NCBI GenBank assembly: GCA_050253335.1
Contig: JBFWJG010000031.1
Location: forward strand, 1 to 31,753
Length of the DNA stretch: 31,753 nt
Direction of reading: 5' to 3'
Source: Deferribacterales bacterium
GTDB lineage: Bacteria; Chrysiogenota; Deferribacteres; Deferribacterales; Geovibrionaceae
The position numbers and the translations under genes are program-made. The notes below the pieces were generated by a model. The model was not told where the DNA came from and ran no database searches. It saw only the letters and a program-made list of their open reading frames with translations. Shown here one piece after another: positions 9,403 to 18,990 of the stretch; within the stretch, counting starts at the first letter, position 1; each line of letters opens with the position of its first letter.

Positions 9403-10746
9403 TTAGCATCCGCTGCCTATGCCTTCTTCAAGGCCGCTGCCGCCGCCGTTTCCTGAAGGTTTGGTGTTGAAGTACTCAAGGTCTTCCTCGGCAATCTCAT
9501 TTCCTGTGCCAGTATAGGGGTGTTTAACTATTATGCGGGGATCTGTCGCATAGCTTCCTATAAGGTCTGAAAGACCTGCGGTGTTGGCAGGTATGCTGTA
9601 AAGAGTGGTGTTGTATTCGCCGAGAACAGCCTGGAATGCGATTTCTGCGGGGTCTGTGGTGTCGGCTGCGCCTGCTCTGTATGAGTACCACTGGTTTCTG
9701 GAACCGTCATAAAGAGCGACATCGATTCCGAGCACATCAGAGAACGCAACATAAAGCGCTGAAGCTGAAGAACCGCTCACGCAGTGAACAATGATCTTCT
9801 TGCCTGCAAAGATTGCCTCAACCTCGTCCCATGTGGAAACTGTCTGTGTCAGGCCGTCTGCTGCCCATGAGGCGTTCATGTTTGCGATGATTGTTGCTTT
9901 AAGCGTGTCGGCGTTGTTGTAGAGGCCTGCGGCGTTTGTCTGTCCTGCTCCGAGGAAGAAGGAGTTTTCAGTAGCCACGATTCTGCCGCTTGCTGCGGTT
10001 GCCTGAGAGAAAACAACAGCTTTGCCGCTTTTAACAGCGTCTATAACCTGTTTCATGGATGCCCTTTCAGACTGGTTCATTCTGGGAAGCGCTCTGACGC
10101 TGAATGTGCTGTCGTTGGGGTCGTATCCTGTGTATGTGGTGTCCACAAGTGTGGCGTCCTGTAATTTGAGGGAGGCTATGCCGCCGTCAAGAACCTTGAT
10201 TTTTGATTTATCGAATCCCCAGTAGATGAGCTCCCAGTAGAATCTCCATACGTCCCACTGTGAACCGCCGCTGCCAGCGAGAACAAGCACTGTGTCGTGG
10301 TTCATGCCGAGATCCTGAATAATAGCGTCAACCCTTTCTCCGGTGATGCTGTTGTTGGCTGTGGAGCCGTGCTGGATGAGTGTGGGATCAAGGGGGCCTT
10401 CAGCTCTGTTGTCGTTGCGGCTGAAGTTCTCGATAACCGCCTTGGAGACGGAACCGTAAATTCTGTCGCTTGCTGTTGTGAAGTCGGTCATTGTGTCGAA
10501 GATGATGACAGGGCAGCCTTCTTCGGTTTTGAAGCCGTTGTCGATCCACGCTGCGAGAGTCGCGTTGTCCACGAGACCGGACTCATTGGTGTAGTAGCCG
10601 TCCCACCAGGAATATACAGGGGGGTTGCTCTCATACGATGTGTCCACCGAGCCGCCGCTTCCGCAAGCCGCGGTGATGCTCAAAAGAGCTGTGAGTGTTG
10701 CGAGTTGAATGAAAGAATAAAATTTCCTTACACTGCAGAACTTCAT
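9403..10746 (-). CDS. extH: Rhodanese-like lipoprotein, ExtH-like
   Basis: Lipobox TAAC; tandem rhodanese signatures VLDGG and LYDGS; active loop HCVSGSSA; Gly-rich tail ending GC. Confidence 0.8.
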   Translation of the reverse strand: MKFCSVRKFYSFIQLATLTALLSITAACGSGGSVDTSYESNPPVYSWWDGYYTNESGLVDNATLAAWIDNGFKTEEGCPVIIFDTMTDFTTASDRIYGSVSKAVIENFSRNDNRAEGPLDPTLIQHGSTANNSITGERVDAIIQDLGMNHDTVLVLAGSGGSQWDVWRFYWELIYWGFDKSKIKVLDGGIASLKLQDATLVDTTYTGYDPNDSTFSVRALPRMNQSERASMKQVIDAVKSGKAVVFSQATAASGRIVATENSFFLGAGQTNAAGLYNNADTLKATIIANMNASWAADGLTQTVSTWDEVEAIFAGKKIIVHCVSGSSASALYVAFSDVLGIDVALYDGSRNQWYSYRAGAADTTDPAEIAFQAVLGEYNTTLYSIPANTAGLSDLIGSYATDPRIIVKHPYTGTGNEIAEEDLEYFNTKPSGNGGGSGLEEGIGSGC

Positions 10747-10918
10747 GATTTCCTCCGTTTATTTGCTTCTTTTACAGGAATTTCTGCCGAATAGAACTGT
10801 TGGTGACCTCCTATTGGTATTATCTATAACGGCAATTAAAAATTAAATATCGGTTTGCAGGCTGAGTTCTGTCCGTTTGTTAAATAAAAAGTGACAAAAC
10901 ATTCCTTTTTCTTGACTG

Positions 10919-10947
10919 ATTATCGGCATAGCGGGGCTAAATGTCAA
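10919..10947 (-). promoter_or_regulatory. Sigma70-type promoter of the ext operon
   Basis: Minus strand TTGACA-17 bp-GATAAT, about 170 nt upstream of the extH start. Confidence 0.6.
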
Positions 10948-11593
10948 TAAATTCTCACAGGTTCTTTTCGGTGTTAATGCAGATAATGCGAATATTTAGA
11001 TTTTAATATTATTAGTTAAGTATTTGGTATTTTAGTTTATTGTGATTGGGCTCGTTTGGGAGAAATGTAAAGATAGGGTAAAATTTTTAAGTTTTTTATG
11101 CGGGATTAAAATCTCTCGATAAAAATCAGTGATATTTTATTCAGTATTTCTTGTTATATTCTTTGTGATAAACACTATTTGCTAAGAGCTTAGTTTGCCG
11201 TCCGGATGTTGATCCGGCACTTCTGTTCTTTGGAAGAATTTGATTTTTAAGACTTTTTTAATGAACAGCCGTAAAGGTGACGGGAATCTAACCTATTGAG
11301 TGAGTGAGGTATTGTTCTTTTCCTATCTGTTAAGTAGTAATTAACCCGAGCGAGTTTCTGACGCTGTTTTGCCCTGTTCTGCATTTGTTCATATAAGTAA
11401 TTATAAAATAAACAATAAATTCATATATAAAAGCTAGGGATTATATTATTACGAATATCGATATATAAAATGTTTTTTGCAGGGAAAAGACCTGTTCAGT
11501 GTATTTTTTGCTGACGTGTGCAGTTTTTTTAAGATATGTTCTGGCGGCGGAGTGCCCGTGCATGATATATACTATTAGTCACCCGGAGGTTTT

Positions 11594-11980
11594 ATGGATA
11601 ATTATGTGCTTGTAAGACCGGAACACCTCAATCACTACGGATATCTTTTCGGCGGAATGATGCTGAAATGGATTGACGAAATAGCCTGGCTGGCAGCTTC
11701 GCTGGATTTCCCCGGGTACTCCCTTGTCACTGTCTCCATGGACAGGGTTATATTCAAGCACAGGGTGGAGAACGGCTCCATACTGAAATTCATTACCCTT
11801 CCCGAGAAAATAGGCCGCACCTCCGCCAGCTATAATGTCACTGTGGAGGCAGACGCGCCGGGCGCGAAAGAGGTGGTGGAGGTTTTTTCCACCAGCGTCA
11901 AGTTCGTTGCCATCGACACAAACGGCAGGCCCGTTCCGCTGCCGCGAAAAGCGGATCTCAGGAGCGGAAAACTGCCCTAA
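11594..11980 (+). CDS. Acyl-CoA thioesterase (hotdog fold)
   Basis: NHYGYLFGGMMLKWIDE motif; GGAGG RBS. Confidence 0.9.
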   Translation: MDNYVLVRPEHLNHYGYLFGGMMLKWIDEIAWLAASLDFPGYSLVTVSMDRVIFKHRVENGSILKFITLPEKIGRTSASYNVTVEADAPGAKEVVEVFSTSVKFVAIDTNGRPVPLPRKADLRSGKLP

Positions 11981-11991
11981 ACAAACAGGAA

Positions 11992-13434
11992 ATGCCGATG
12001 AAAGAAACTTCTAACGGATTAAGGGAAAAATTTACGCTGATTTTCGGTCTCGGCTATTTCGAGATAGAGCTTGTGCGCTTTCTGCGTGAGAGAAAAAAAC
12101 TCAAGGTTGTGGACATCCGCAGGGAGTATCAGGAATCGCTGAAGGATGCCCTCTCCGGTGTGGAGCTGATCAACGGCGATGCCAGCAGCATCGTTACGTG
12201 GAAAAAGATCAGCGTTAACGAAGTGATGAACATCATAATAACCATCAAGGATCCTGACGTGGTGTCTGAGTGTTGCCGCATTGCCCGTGAGGTGTATAAG
12301 CTTGATGTTCAGATAATTGTTCTCTCCTACGGCAACTACAGTGACTCAATTCTTGATAAATATAACGTAAACATAGTGCATCCGCTGAATGTGGGGATTG
12401 AGATCATCGCCTCCATGATAGAGAAGAATGTCGCATGGCCTGTGAATATAGGCAAGGGCGCAGGCGAGATAGTCGAGGTGCAGGTTCTGCGCTACTCACA
12501 CCTTGTGGGCGTTCGGCTGAAGCACCTCAGGCCGACCAACTGGAGCGTGGCTCTCATTTATTCCGGCGGAAAAATCCTTCTCCCCAATAAAGAAAGCAGG
12601 ATCAATATTGGCGACAGGCTGATAATCGTCGGCGATCCGCAGGTGGTTAAGAGCATTGTTGACACCCTTTCGAAGGGTGTGCCGAACTTCCCTCTGCGCT
12701 TCGGACAGACTCTTTCCGTTTATATCTCCGCAAACTATCCGGATATAGTTCAGGAAGCCGTGCTCATCCATTCAAACACCCTCTCAAAAAAGCTCACGCT
12801 CATTCCTCACCTCGGCAAGGGGATAAAGGGGCTCGCTGATGAGATAAAAAACCGAAGAATTGAGTTTGAGACCGGCGACTCAATCGCCAGCCTCAAAGAT
12901 CTCCGCAGTTATGATAAGGGCGTGCTTGTTGTCCCTAAGAGAAGGGTTTTCTGCTGCGATCTTTATTATAAAGGTTTTTTCAGGGAAGCTTCTTCTCCCG
13001 TTCTTTTCGCGAAAGGCAGCAGGGATTATGACCGGGTTCTGATCAGCCTTAACTCCGAGACACCATCCTTCGCACTGGAAACAGGCATAGAGCTGGCTGG
13101 ACTGCTGAAAAAACCCTATGAAATAATATATGTATGCGCGCCGGAAGCCCTCAGGGGGCAGAAAGAGACAGAGTATCTCAGCTTCAGAAAAAACATAGTG
13201 GCAGATTACGAGATATCGGAAGGAGTCAAGCTGGACTTCACCATAAAAGAGGGGAACCCCGTCTTTGAGACTCTGGGGCGGATCAAGGAGTTTGGCGGCG
13301 GAAACACGCTTCTTGTCCTGACCTTTGATCCCAAAGAGAAAATCGGGATATTCGCCGTAAATGTGCCGTATCTGCTTACCCGCAGTGCGGACTGCAGTGT
13401 TCTTGCTGTGCCTGTAGGGGAAAAGAATGCATAG
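11992..13434 (+). CDS. TrkA-N/TrkA-C (RCK) regulatory protein with USP-like C-terminus
   Basis: IFGLGYF Rossmann start, GDAS, TrkA-C GDRLIIVG, USP-like C-terminal ADCSVLAVP. Confidence 0.8.
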   Translation: MPMKETSNGLREKFTLIFGLGYFEIELVRFLRERKKLKVVDIRREYQESLKDALSGVELINGDASSIVTWKKISVNEVMNIIITIKDPDVVSECCRIAREVYKLDVQIIVLSYGNYSDSILDKYNVNIVHPLNVGIEIIASMIEKNVAWPVNIGKGAGEIVEVQVLRYSHLVGVRLKHLRPTNWSVALIYSGGKILLPNKESRINIGDRLIIVGDPQVVKSIVDTLSKGVPNFPLRFGQTLSVYISANYPDIVQEAVLIHSNTLSKKLTLIPHLGKGIKGLADEIKNRRIEFETGDSIASLKDLRSYDKGVLVVPKRRVFCCDLYYKGFFREASSPVLFAKGSRDYDRVLISLNSETPSFALETGIELAGLLKKPYEIIYVCAPEALRGQKETEYLSFRKNIVADYEISEGVKLDFTIKEGNPVFETLGRIKEFGGGNTLLVLTFDPKEKIGIFAVNVPYLLTRSADCSVLAVPVGEKNA

Positions 13435-14608
13435 CGGCGAGGCATTTCTTCTCCTTGCTTTCTGTCTCGGGGCTTACTTTGCTCCGTTTATCTCAAAGCG
13501 TCTCATGATACCTGTGGCTGTGGGGGAAATTCTTCTGGGCATAGGGCTGGGCTGGTTTTTCGCGGATGTCCACTACAGCAAGGAGATAATAAGCTTTCTC
13601 GCGGAGCTTGGCTTTCTGGTTCTTATGTATCTGGCCGGAATGGAGATAGATTTTGAAAATATCCGCACTCTTCCGAAAAAAGATCTTTTCAGCTACGGAG
13701 CCGTGGCTGTTCTCATAGTCGCCTTTTCTCTTATTGTTTCAGCCCTCATGGGCAACGAGCCTATCATGGCTGTGGCGTATATGACTGTCGCCATAGGGCT
13801 TCTTTTCCCTGTGCTTCAGGATACCGGACTGATCAGCACCAAGGAGGGGCAGGCGCTCCTCGTCATCGGGGGCATAGGGGAGGTCTTCAGCCTTCTCGGG
13901 CTTACCTTCGCAGTGCTTTACTACAGATACGGCGTTACCCTTGAGGCAGGAATACATGTCCTGAAAATCGGCGCTTTTATTTTCTTTGTTTATGCCGTCA
14001 CAAAGCTTCTGCGGCTTATGATATGGTGGTTCCCGAAGATAGCGGTGATTTTCACCACAACGGGCAATCTTTCGGAGATGGGTATCAGGGCGAACTTTGT
14101 GAACATGTTTGTTTTTGTTGCCGCCGCGGCTTTTATGAATATAGAGCCAATAGTCGGAGCCTTCATAGGCGGAATGCTTTTTTCCATGCTGTTTTTCGCG
14201 AAAGAGGACATAGTCGAGATATTCAGTGGCGTGGGGAACGGCTTTCTGATACCTGTTTTCTTCATCCATGTGGGTCTCGGTTTTGATCTGGACAATCTGA
14301 AAAATTTCTCTGTTGTTTCTCAGGGGTTTGCGATTGCGGCGATTCTGCTGAGCATAAGAGTTGTTTCCGTCATCCCTATGTTCTTTTCAGCACTGCCCAG
14401 AAAAATCATAATAGTAACCCCCTTTGCGCTGTCATTTCCGCTCACCCTGATGGTCACTGTTGCCACTCTGGGCAGGCAGTATGAGATGATGAGCGCGGAG
14501 ACATCCGCCTCGCTGATCATATGCGCCGTGGTTACGGCAGTTATTTATCCTGTTCTGAGCAAGGCTATAGTAAGGGCTGTCTACAGCAGGGAAAGCTTCG
14601 CTGATTAA
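13427..14608 (+). CDS. Cation:proton antiporter (CPA2 family)
   Basis: Many transmembrane segments; GEILLGI, AGMEID, GAFIGG and PVFFIHVG motifs. Confidence 0.9.
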   Translation: MHSGEAFLLLAFCLGAYFAPFISKRLMIPVAVGEILLGIGLGWFFADVHYSKEIISFLAELGFLVLMYLAGMEIDFENIRTLPKKDLFSYGAVAVLIVAFSLIVSALMGNEPIMAVAYMTVAIGLLFPVLQDTGLISTKEGQALLVIGGIGEVFSLLGLTFAVLYYRYGVTLEAGIHVLKIGAFIFFVYAVTKLLRLMIWWFPKIAVIFTTTGNLSEMGIRANFVNMFVFVAAAAFMNIEPIVGAFIGGMLFSMLFFAKEDIVEIFSGVGNGFLIPVFFIHVGLGFDLDNLKNFSVVSQGFAIAAILLSIRVVSVIPMFFSALPRKIIIVTPFALSFPLTLMVTVATLGRQYEMMSAETSASLIICAVVTAVIYPVLSKAIVRAVYSRESFAD

Positions 14609-14616
14609 ATGAAGAA

Positions 14617-14743
14617 GGGCTTTGTGAAAAGCCCCGCGGATTATTTAACGGCATCAGGTTCTTCGCTGCGCTCAGAATGACGCATCCCTGTGCCATTTTG
14701 AGAATCTTCAGCAAATCAGTTAAGGGGCTTTCTTCAAGCCCCT
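14617..14743. repeat. REP-like element flanked by two related GGGCTT..AAGCCC hairpins (probable terminators between convergent genes)
   Basis: Hairpins at 14617-14634 and 14723-14743; GGTTCTTCGCTGCGCTCAGAATGAC at 14657-14681 with a degenerate inverted partial copy at 14692-14707. Confidence 0.5.
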
Positions 14744-14750
14744 GTTAAGG

Positions 14751-15284
14751 TTAAGGTATTATGTAGGCAGGGTTGTCTGAAACCTTTCTCGCCCGGATGT
14801 AAAGATCATACTTCGCATCTGAACCCAGCTTCTCCATCCCTTCAATCTCCACCACAAGATAGTAGCTTCCGCTTGCGGCGAGGTCATGCACAGTGTCCGG
14901 CTGCGGGGTGATTTTTGTTCCGTCTATCTGGTATCTGCCGGAGCCGTTCGGTGTGAGTGTGAATTTTTCTGATGCGGAGCCGCTTCTTCCGTCAATCACA
15001 TATGAAACGGCATATTCCATTGTCTTCACTGTTGTCTGGGTTTCGATCTCCATCTCGCCGAGGAAGCTTGTCGCATTGTCCGCGTCTATGGTTCTGTTGT
15101 CGTAGGTTTCGGTATATTCCGTAATTTCGTATTTCCCTCTCAGGGTTTTGTTCTGCCCGAGGCTGATGGGGGTGAGGGTGTTGCCGCCCGATGTTCCGTT
15201 GTCGTCTTCTTCGTCTGTTCCCCAGCACGCACTCAGGGCGAAGATAAGAAGCATAAGAAGGGCAAACCGCTGAATTGTTTTCAT
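14751..15284 (-). CDS. Hypothetical lipoprotein
   Basis: Lipobox LSAC, acidic linker, beta-rich body; GGAGG RBS. Confidence 0.75.
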   Translation of the reverse strand: MKTIQRFALLMLLIFALSACWGTDEEDDNGTSGGNTLTPISLGQNKTLRGKYEITEYTETYDNRTIDADNATSFLGEMEIETQTTVKTMEYAVSYVIDGRSGSASEKFTLTPNGSGRYQIDGTKITPQPDTVHDLAASGSYYLVVEIEGMEKLGSDAKYDLYIRARKVSDNPAYIIP

Positions 15285-15383
15285 ACATTTTCCTCCGTGA
15301 AATAAAAAGAGATTAGCATAAATGAATATTCATGTCATCAGGGATAATAAACGGAGAAGAGGGGGCAGTCAGCCCCCTGTGTG

Positions 15384-15785
15384 TTATTTATTCTTGAGAA
15401 TGTCGCGTATTTCGGCGAGAAGCTGTTCTTCCTTGGACGGAGCAGGCGGAGCGGCGGGGGCTTCATCCTCCTTCTTTTTCAGGCTGTTCATCCCTTTGAT
15501 AAGCATGAACACGGCGAAAGCCATAATTATGAAATCAAGCACGGTCTGAATGAACTTGCCGTAATTAAGGGTAACGGCCGCAATGTCGCCGGAGGCTGCT
15601 TTCAGCGTAACTGCAAGATCGCTGAAATTCACATTGCCGAGAAGAAGCCCAAGGGGCGGCATAAGCACATCGGCGACAAGGCTCGAAACAATCTTTCCGA
15701 ACGCTCCGCCGATTATGATACCCACAGCCATGTCCGCAACATTTCCGCGCATGGCAAATTTTTTGAACTCCTGAATTATAGCCAT
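15384..15785 (-). CDS. mscL: Large-conductance mechanosensitive channel
   Basis: [17 protein letters not shown] and LLAEIRDIL motifs; start at MAIIQ with AAGGAG RBS. Confidence 0.97.
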   Translation of the reverse strand: MAIIQEFKKFAMRGNVADMAVGIIIGGAFGKIVSSLVADVLMPPLGLLLGNVNFSDLAVTLKAASGDIAAVTLNYGKFIQTVLDFIIMAFAVFMLIKGMNSLKKKEDEAPAAPPAPSKEEQLLAEIRDILKNK

Positions 15786-15932
15786 AAATATCTCCTTACA
15801 ATGACAAATATCTTCTATTATATCACAGAAACGGAACATGGGTGTACGGACGTATAAAAGATGTTTATGGGGGATTAAAGTTTTTATTCTGGGGATAAGC
15901 TGAGATTATGGAGAAGTCTGACTTTAGATAAA

Positions 15933-15949
15933 AAAATGGTGCCAGGGAC
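15933..15949 (-). repeat. Distal att site (displaced tRNA-Phe 3' fragment with a 1-nt deletion)
   Basis: aaaatggtgccagggac versus aaaatggtgcccagggac at the tRNA end. Confidence 0.88.
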
Positions 15950-16245
15950 ACTCTGTTATTGTAGCCATATAATATTTATAGCAAAGGCTATTCGATTTAA
16001 GACTTTTAGCGTATACCGTCAAATATACCGCCAGAATGATTGGGCTGGGTAAGTAAGCTAAGGTAAGCTGACTATATTTACCACACTTTTTATAAACTTA
16101 GAATATTTTTCCCCGTGTCCGTCAGCCACGGAAGTAAGTATATTTGGCAAATAGAATAAAATCTCCTCATGACTGCGGGGTGTGGTCATTTTGAACAACA
16201 ACATCAAACCTTATCCGCCCCCCTTATTCACTGAAAAGGCACTCT

Positions 16246-18990
16246 TCATTGTCCTTTCATTTCCAAAAACCCTTTTTCAAAAGCCTCAGGAAAGACAAAT
16301 TTCTTCTCTGCTTTTTTACCATCGGAATTAAAAGAGATAGTAATTCTATTGCCATACAGTTCAGTAACCCTGCCATTGCCAAATTTGATGTGGGATACAT
16401 TTGTGCCAACTTTTACCTTCGCTATGTCAATCTTGATTGCTTGATTTTTATCTTTAGGCTCTTTTTCCTGCACTTGATTATTTACCGTACTATGTTTTTG
16501 ATAATCATCGTTGCTTATGACAGTATCAAAAAGTCCTACATTTTCATCTTTGTGTTTATTTATCCCTGTGTATGTCAAGCTTGCGTCTTCGTATCGTTTG
16601 AATTTATAAATTGCGTCATTCATCAATGCTGAGTTGAACACACCGAGGGAGATCAAAAGCTCAAAGTCCACAAGGTCAAGCCCAGTGACTTTTCTGAAAA
16701 GCTCAGGCTCCAACTGCCTTATAACATCTTTCAGGCAATATTCCCTGTAATCACTCAGATACATAAAGACGGGAATTCTCGTAGCAAATTTTATCAGCTT
16801 TTCCTGAATCTGCTTACGTTTGGACTTATATTCTTTTTCCTCCTCCGTCAGAGCCTGCTTTTCTTTTAGAGAAAGCTCTTTACCTTCTTTCTTAGTTTTT
16901 TTAACAGCTTCTGATTTATTGATAATAGTTTCAATATCCGCATTCAAGCTCCTGAATCCCTCAATTTTCATAAGAGCTTTCATAGCTTCATCATTTGCAA
17001 TCAGGCGTGACAGAGTGTCATTATCAACATTAACGAGCAGCGCACTTTCCCAACGTCTGGCAAGCAGAGTTGCTGACGTTCCTGACATTGCAATCTGGAG
17101 AATTTCTCCTGCGTCAACCTCTCTCATGCTGCTGCCATCATAGGCAAGTACAGGAAGAAAACTGATAAACTCCTCAACTTTTTTCTCTGGATTCCCCTCT
17201 TTGATGTTTAATCGGCAACTATAATCAGATATTTGCCTCAAAGCACGATCTAGGGCAAAATCAAAAACATAGCAAACATGCTTCAAAATTTCTTTTTTCC
17301 CATCTTCTGAATCAATCACCCACGGGCTTTGAACACGGAAAGCAGACTGAAAATATGTTTCAGGGCTGGAAAGATTACGAAGCATAAGAATACCGCTCCA
17401 CGGCTTAACAGTTACGCCTGTGGTGAGTTTGCCGCAGGAAAGTGTTATTGTTTTAGTTTTAAGCGGATCACCCATAGCACGGCGGACAGGCTCTAATGCG
17501 TTTACACCGATTCCTGCCCTAGCTCCCGCACTCACAATAACTTTATAATCATGATAAAAGGAGTTTTGCTTTTCATCTAAGAGATTCTTCATCGCATAAC
17601 ATGAAGCAACATCAGGCAAAAACCATAATGTATGCGTCAAAATACCAAGTAGTCTGGCATCAGAATATGGTAAAGGCGGCTTCTTTGCCCCCAGCTTAAG
17701 ATCGTCTACAGTGGTTGCTAAATATGAGCCACGTATAAGATCCAGCCACTTCTGAACATAGTCCTTGTATTTGAATATAGCCATCTCTTCTCTGCCCGTG
17801 GCGGAAAAGAATTCGTTAAGGTCAAATTCATTAAATTCGCCTTGCATAGCGATATTTCTGATACTGTCAGGCAATTTATAAGTCAACATAACCATCTGAG
17901 GCAAAGAAGCATACGGGTTATCGGGTTTCTCGCCCCAGTTCTGCTTTGCCTGCTGTTCATCGCTATATGTCCAGTTGTAGATCTGGTCTTCTATAAATTC
18001 ACCGGAGTTCAAGGCTCGAAAGGGTGTTCCCGAAAGAAATAGGTAATATGATGTGGTTATAGGCAGGAATGTTTCATTGTAAGCGTTGTCTGCTTCTTCC
18101 TTTTTATATTTTTCTATATCAAGAGCATAATAAGATTCATCATCCTCTTCAAACAGCTTCTTTACGCTGTCACGCCATGCGCCGAAGTGATATTCATCAA
18201 AAATCACCAAATCCCAGTTGGTGGTATGTACCCATTCATTTTTTACTTTTATTCCGCCGGAATCATTTCTGCCTAAATAATCCTGAAAAGAGCCAAAGCA
18301 AACGATAGGCTTAGAAATATCTGCGTCTTCATACCTCATTCCGTTATTAGGGCTTATGAACTGCCAGCCCTCAAAATCCATATGAGTAAGTAGGTCTTCC
18401 CGCCATGAGCTTTCAACTGCGGGCTTAAATGTCAAAACTAACACTTTAGTGAAGTTCATTCGGCGGGCAAGCTGATACGAGGCAAAGGTTTTGCCAAACC
18501 GCATTTTTGCATTCCAAAGGAATTTGGGAATACTTTGAGGATATTCTTTATTCATTTTTTCAAAGTAACTGATGGTTCTGTTTACCGCCTCTTCCTGCTC
18601 AGGACGCATTGGGAAGGAGCATGTACGGTTTTCTATGTTTGCTTCGTTGTTTTTAACCGCCAGATAAGCAGCCTGAACATCAGTAACACTGCAACGAAAC
18701 CACTCGCCCTCAATTCGGATAATGCCTTTTCTTACCAGCACACGGTGAATATCGTGATCAGTAAATGTGGAGCCGTCAGGACGAATGGCAGATTCTGAAA
18801 AAACTATTCTATATTGCTTTTCACCGGGCTTAATAGTTGCATCATACTGTTGTGCTACACGTTCGGAAGCATCTTTTTCAGTATAGCCGACTTTCATCAA
18901 ACCTTTACGGTCAGGGTGAAACTTATCCTCATAGGCGTAAATTGTCGGATTAGCTAAAGGACGAACCCGAAAAAAACGCTCTTCAGCCAT
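16246..18990 (-). CDS. GIY-YIG/T5orf172-like nuclease fused to SF2 helicase (restriction subunit-like)
   Basis: N-terminal IYAY..KVGYT..R..EWF; helicase motifs [24 protein letters not shown]-terminal [11 protein letters not shown]udor/SH3-like tail. Confidence 0.85.
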   Translation of the reverse strand: MAEERFFRVRPLANPTIYAYEDKFHPDRKGLMKVGYTEKDASERVAQQYDATIKPGEKQYRIVFSESAIRPDGSTFTDHDIHRVLVRKGIIRIEGEWFRCSVTDVQAAYLAVKNNEANIENRTCSFPMRPEQEEAVNRTISYFEKMNKEYPQSIPKFLWNAKMRFGKTFASYQLARRMNFTKVLVLTFKPAVESSWREDLLTHMDFEGWQFISPNNGMRYEDADISKPIVCFGSFQDYLGRNDSGGIKVKNEWVHTTNWDLVIFDEYHFGAWRDSVKKLFEEDDESYYALDIEKYKKEEADNAYNETFLPITTSYYLFLSGTPFRALNSGEFIEDQIYNWTYSDEQQAKQNWGEKPDNPYASLPQMVMLTYKLPDSIRNIAMQGEFNEFDLNEFFSATGREEMAIFKYKDYVQKWLDLIRGSYLATTVDDLKLGAKKPPLPYSDARLLGILTHTLWFLPDVASCYAMKNLLDEKQNSFYHDYKVIVSAGARAGIGVNALEPVRRAMGDPLKTKTITLSCGKLTTGVTVKPWSGILMLRNLSSPETYFQSAFRVQSPWVIDSEDGKKEILKHVCYVFDFALDRALRQISDYSCRLNIKEGNPEKKVEEFISFLPVLAYDGSSMREVDAGEILQIAMSGTSATLLARRWESALLVNVDNDTLSRLIANDEAMKALMKIEGFRSLNADIETIINKSEAVKKTKKEGKELSLKEKQALTEEEKEYKSKRKQIQEKLIKFATRIPVFMYLSDYREYCLKDVIRQLEPELFRKVTGLDLVDFELLISLGVFNSALMNDAIYKFKRYEDASLTYTGINKHKDENVGLFDTVISNDDYQKHSTVNNQVQEKEPKDKNQAIKIDIAKVKVGTNVSHIKFGNGRVTELYGNRITISFNSDGKKAEKKFVFPEAFEKGFLEMKGQ

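Noticed and set aside
7803..10746. Selenocysteine read-through in the ext genes
   Set aside because: The extH- and extJ-like genes end in Cys followed by TAA, not TGA, and there is no space for an extKL gene
10843..10902. 19-aa uORF (MFCHFLF...) in the ext 5' UTR
   Set aside because: The SD-like sequence abuts the ATG, and there is no amino-acid bias or attenuator structure
11335..11385. c-di-GMP-I riboswitch (minus strand ACAGGGCAAAAC...GAAA)
   Set aside because: Lacks the downstream ACGCAAAG segment and a P3 helix; the match is only partial
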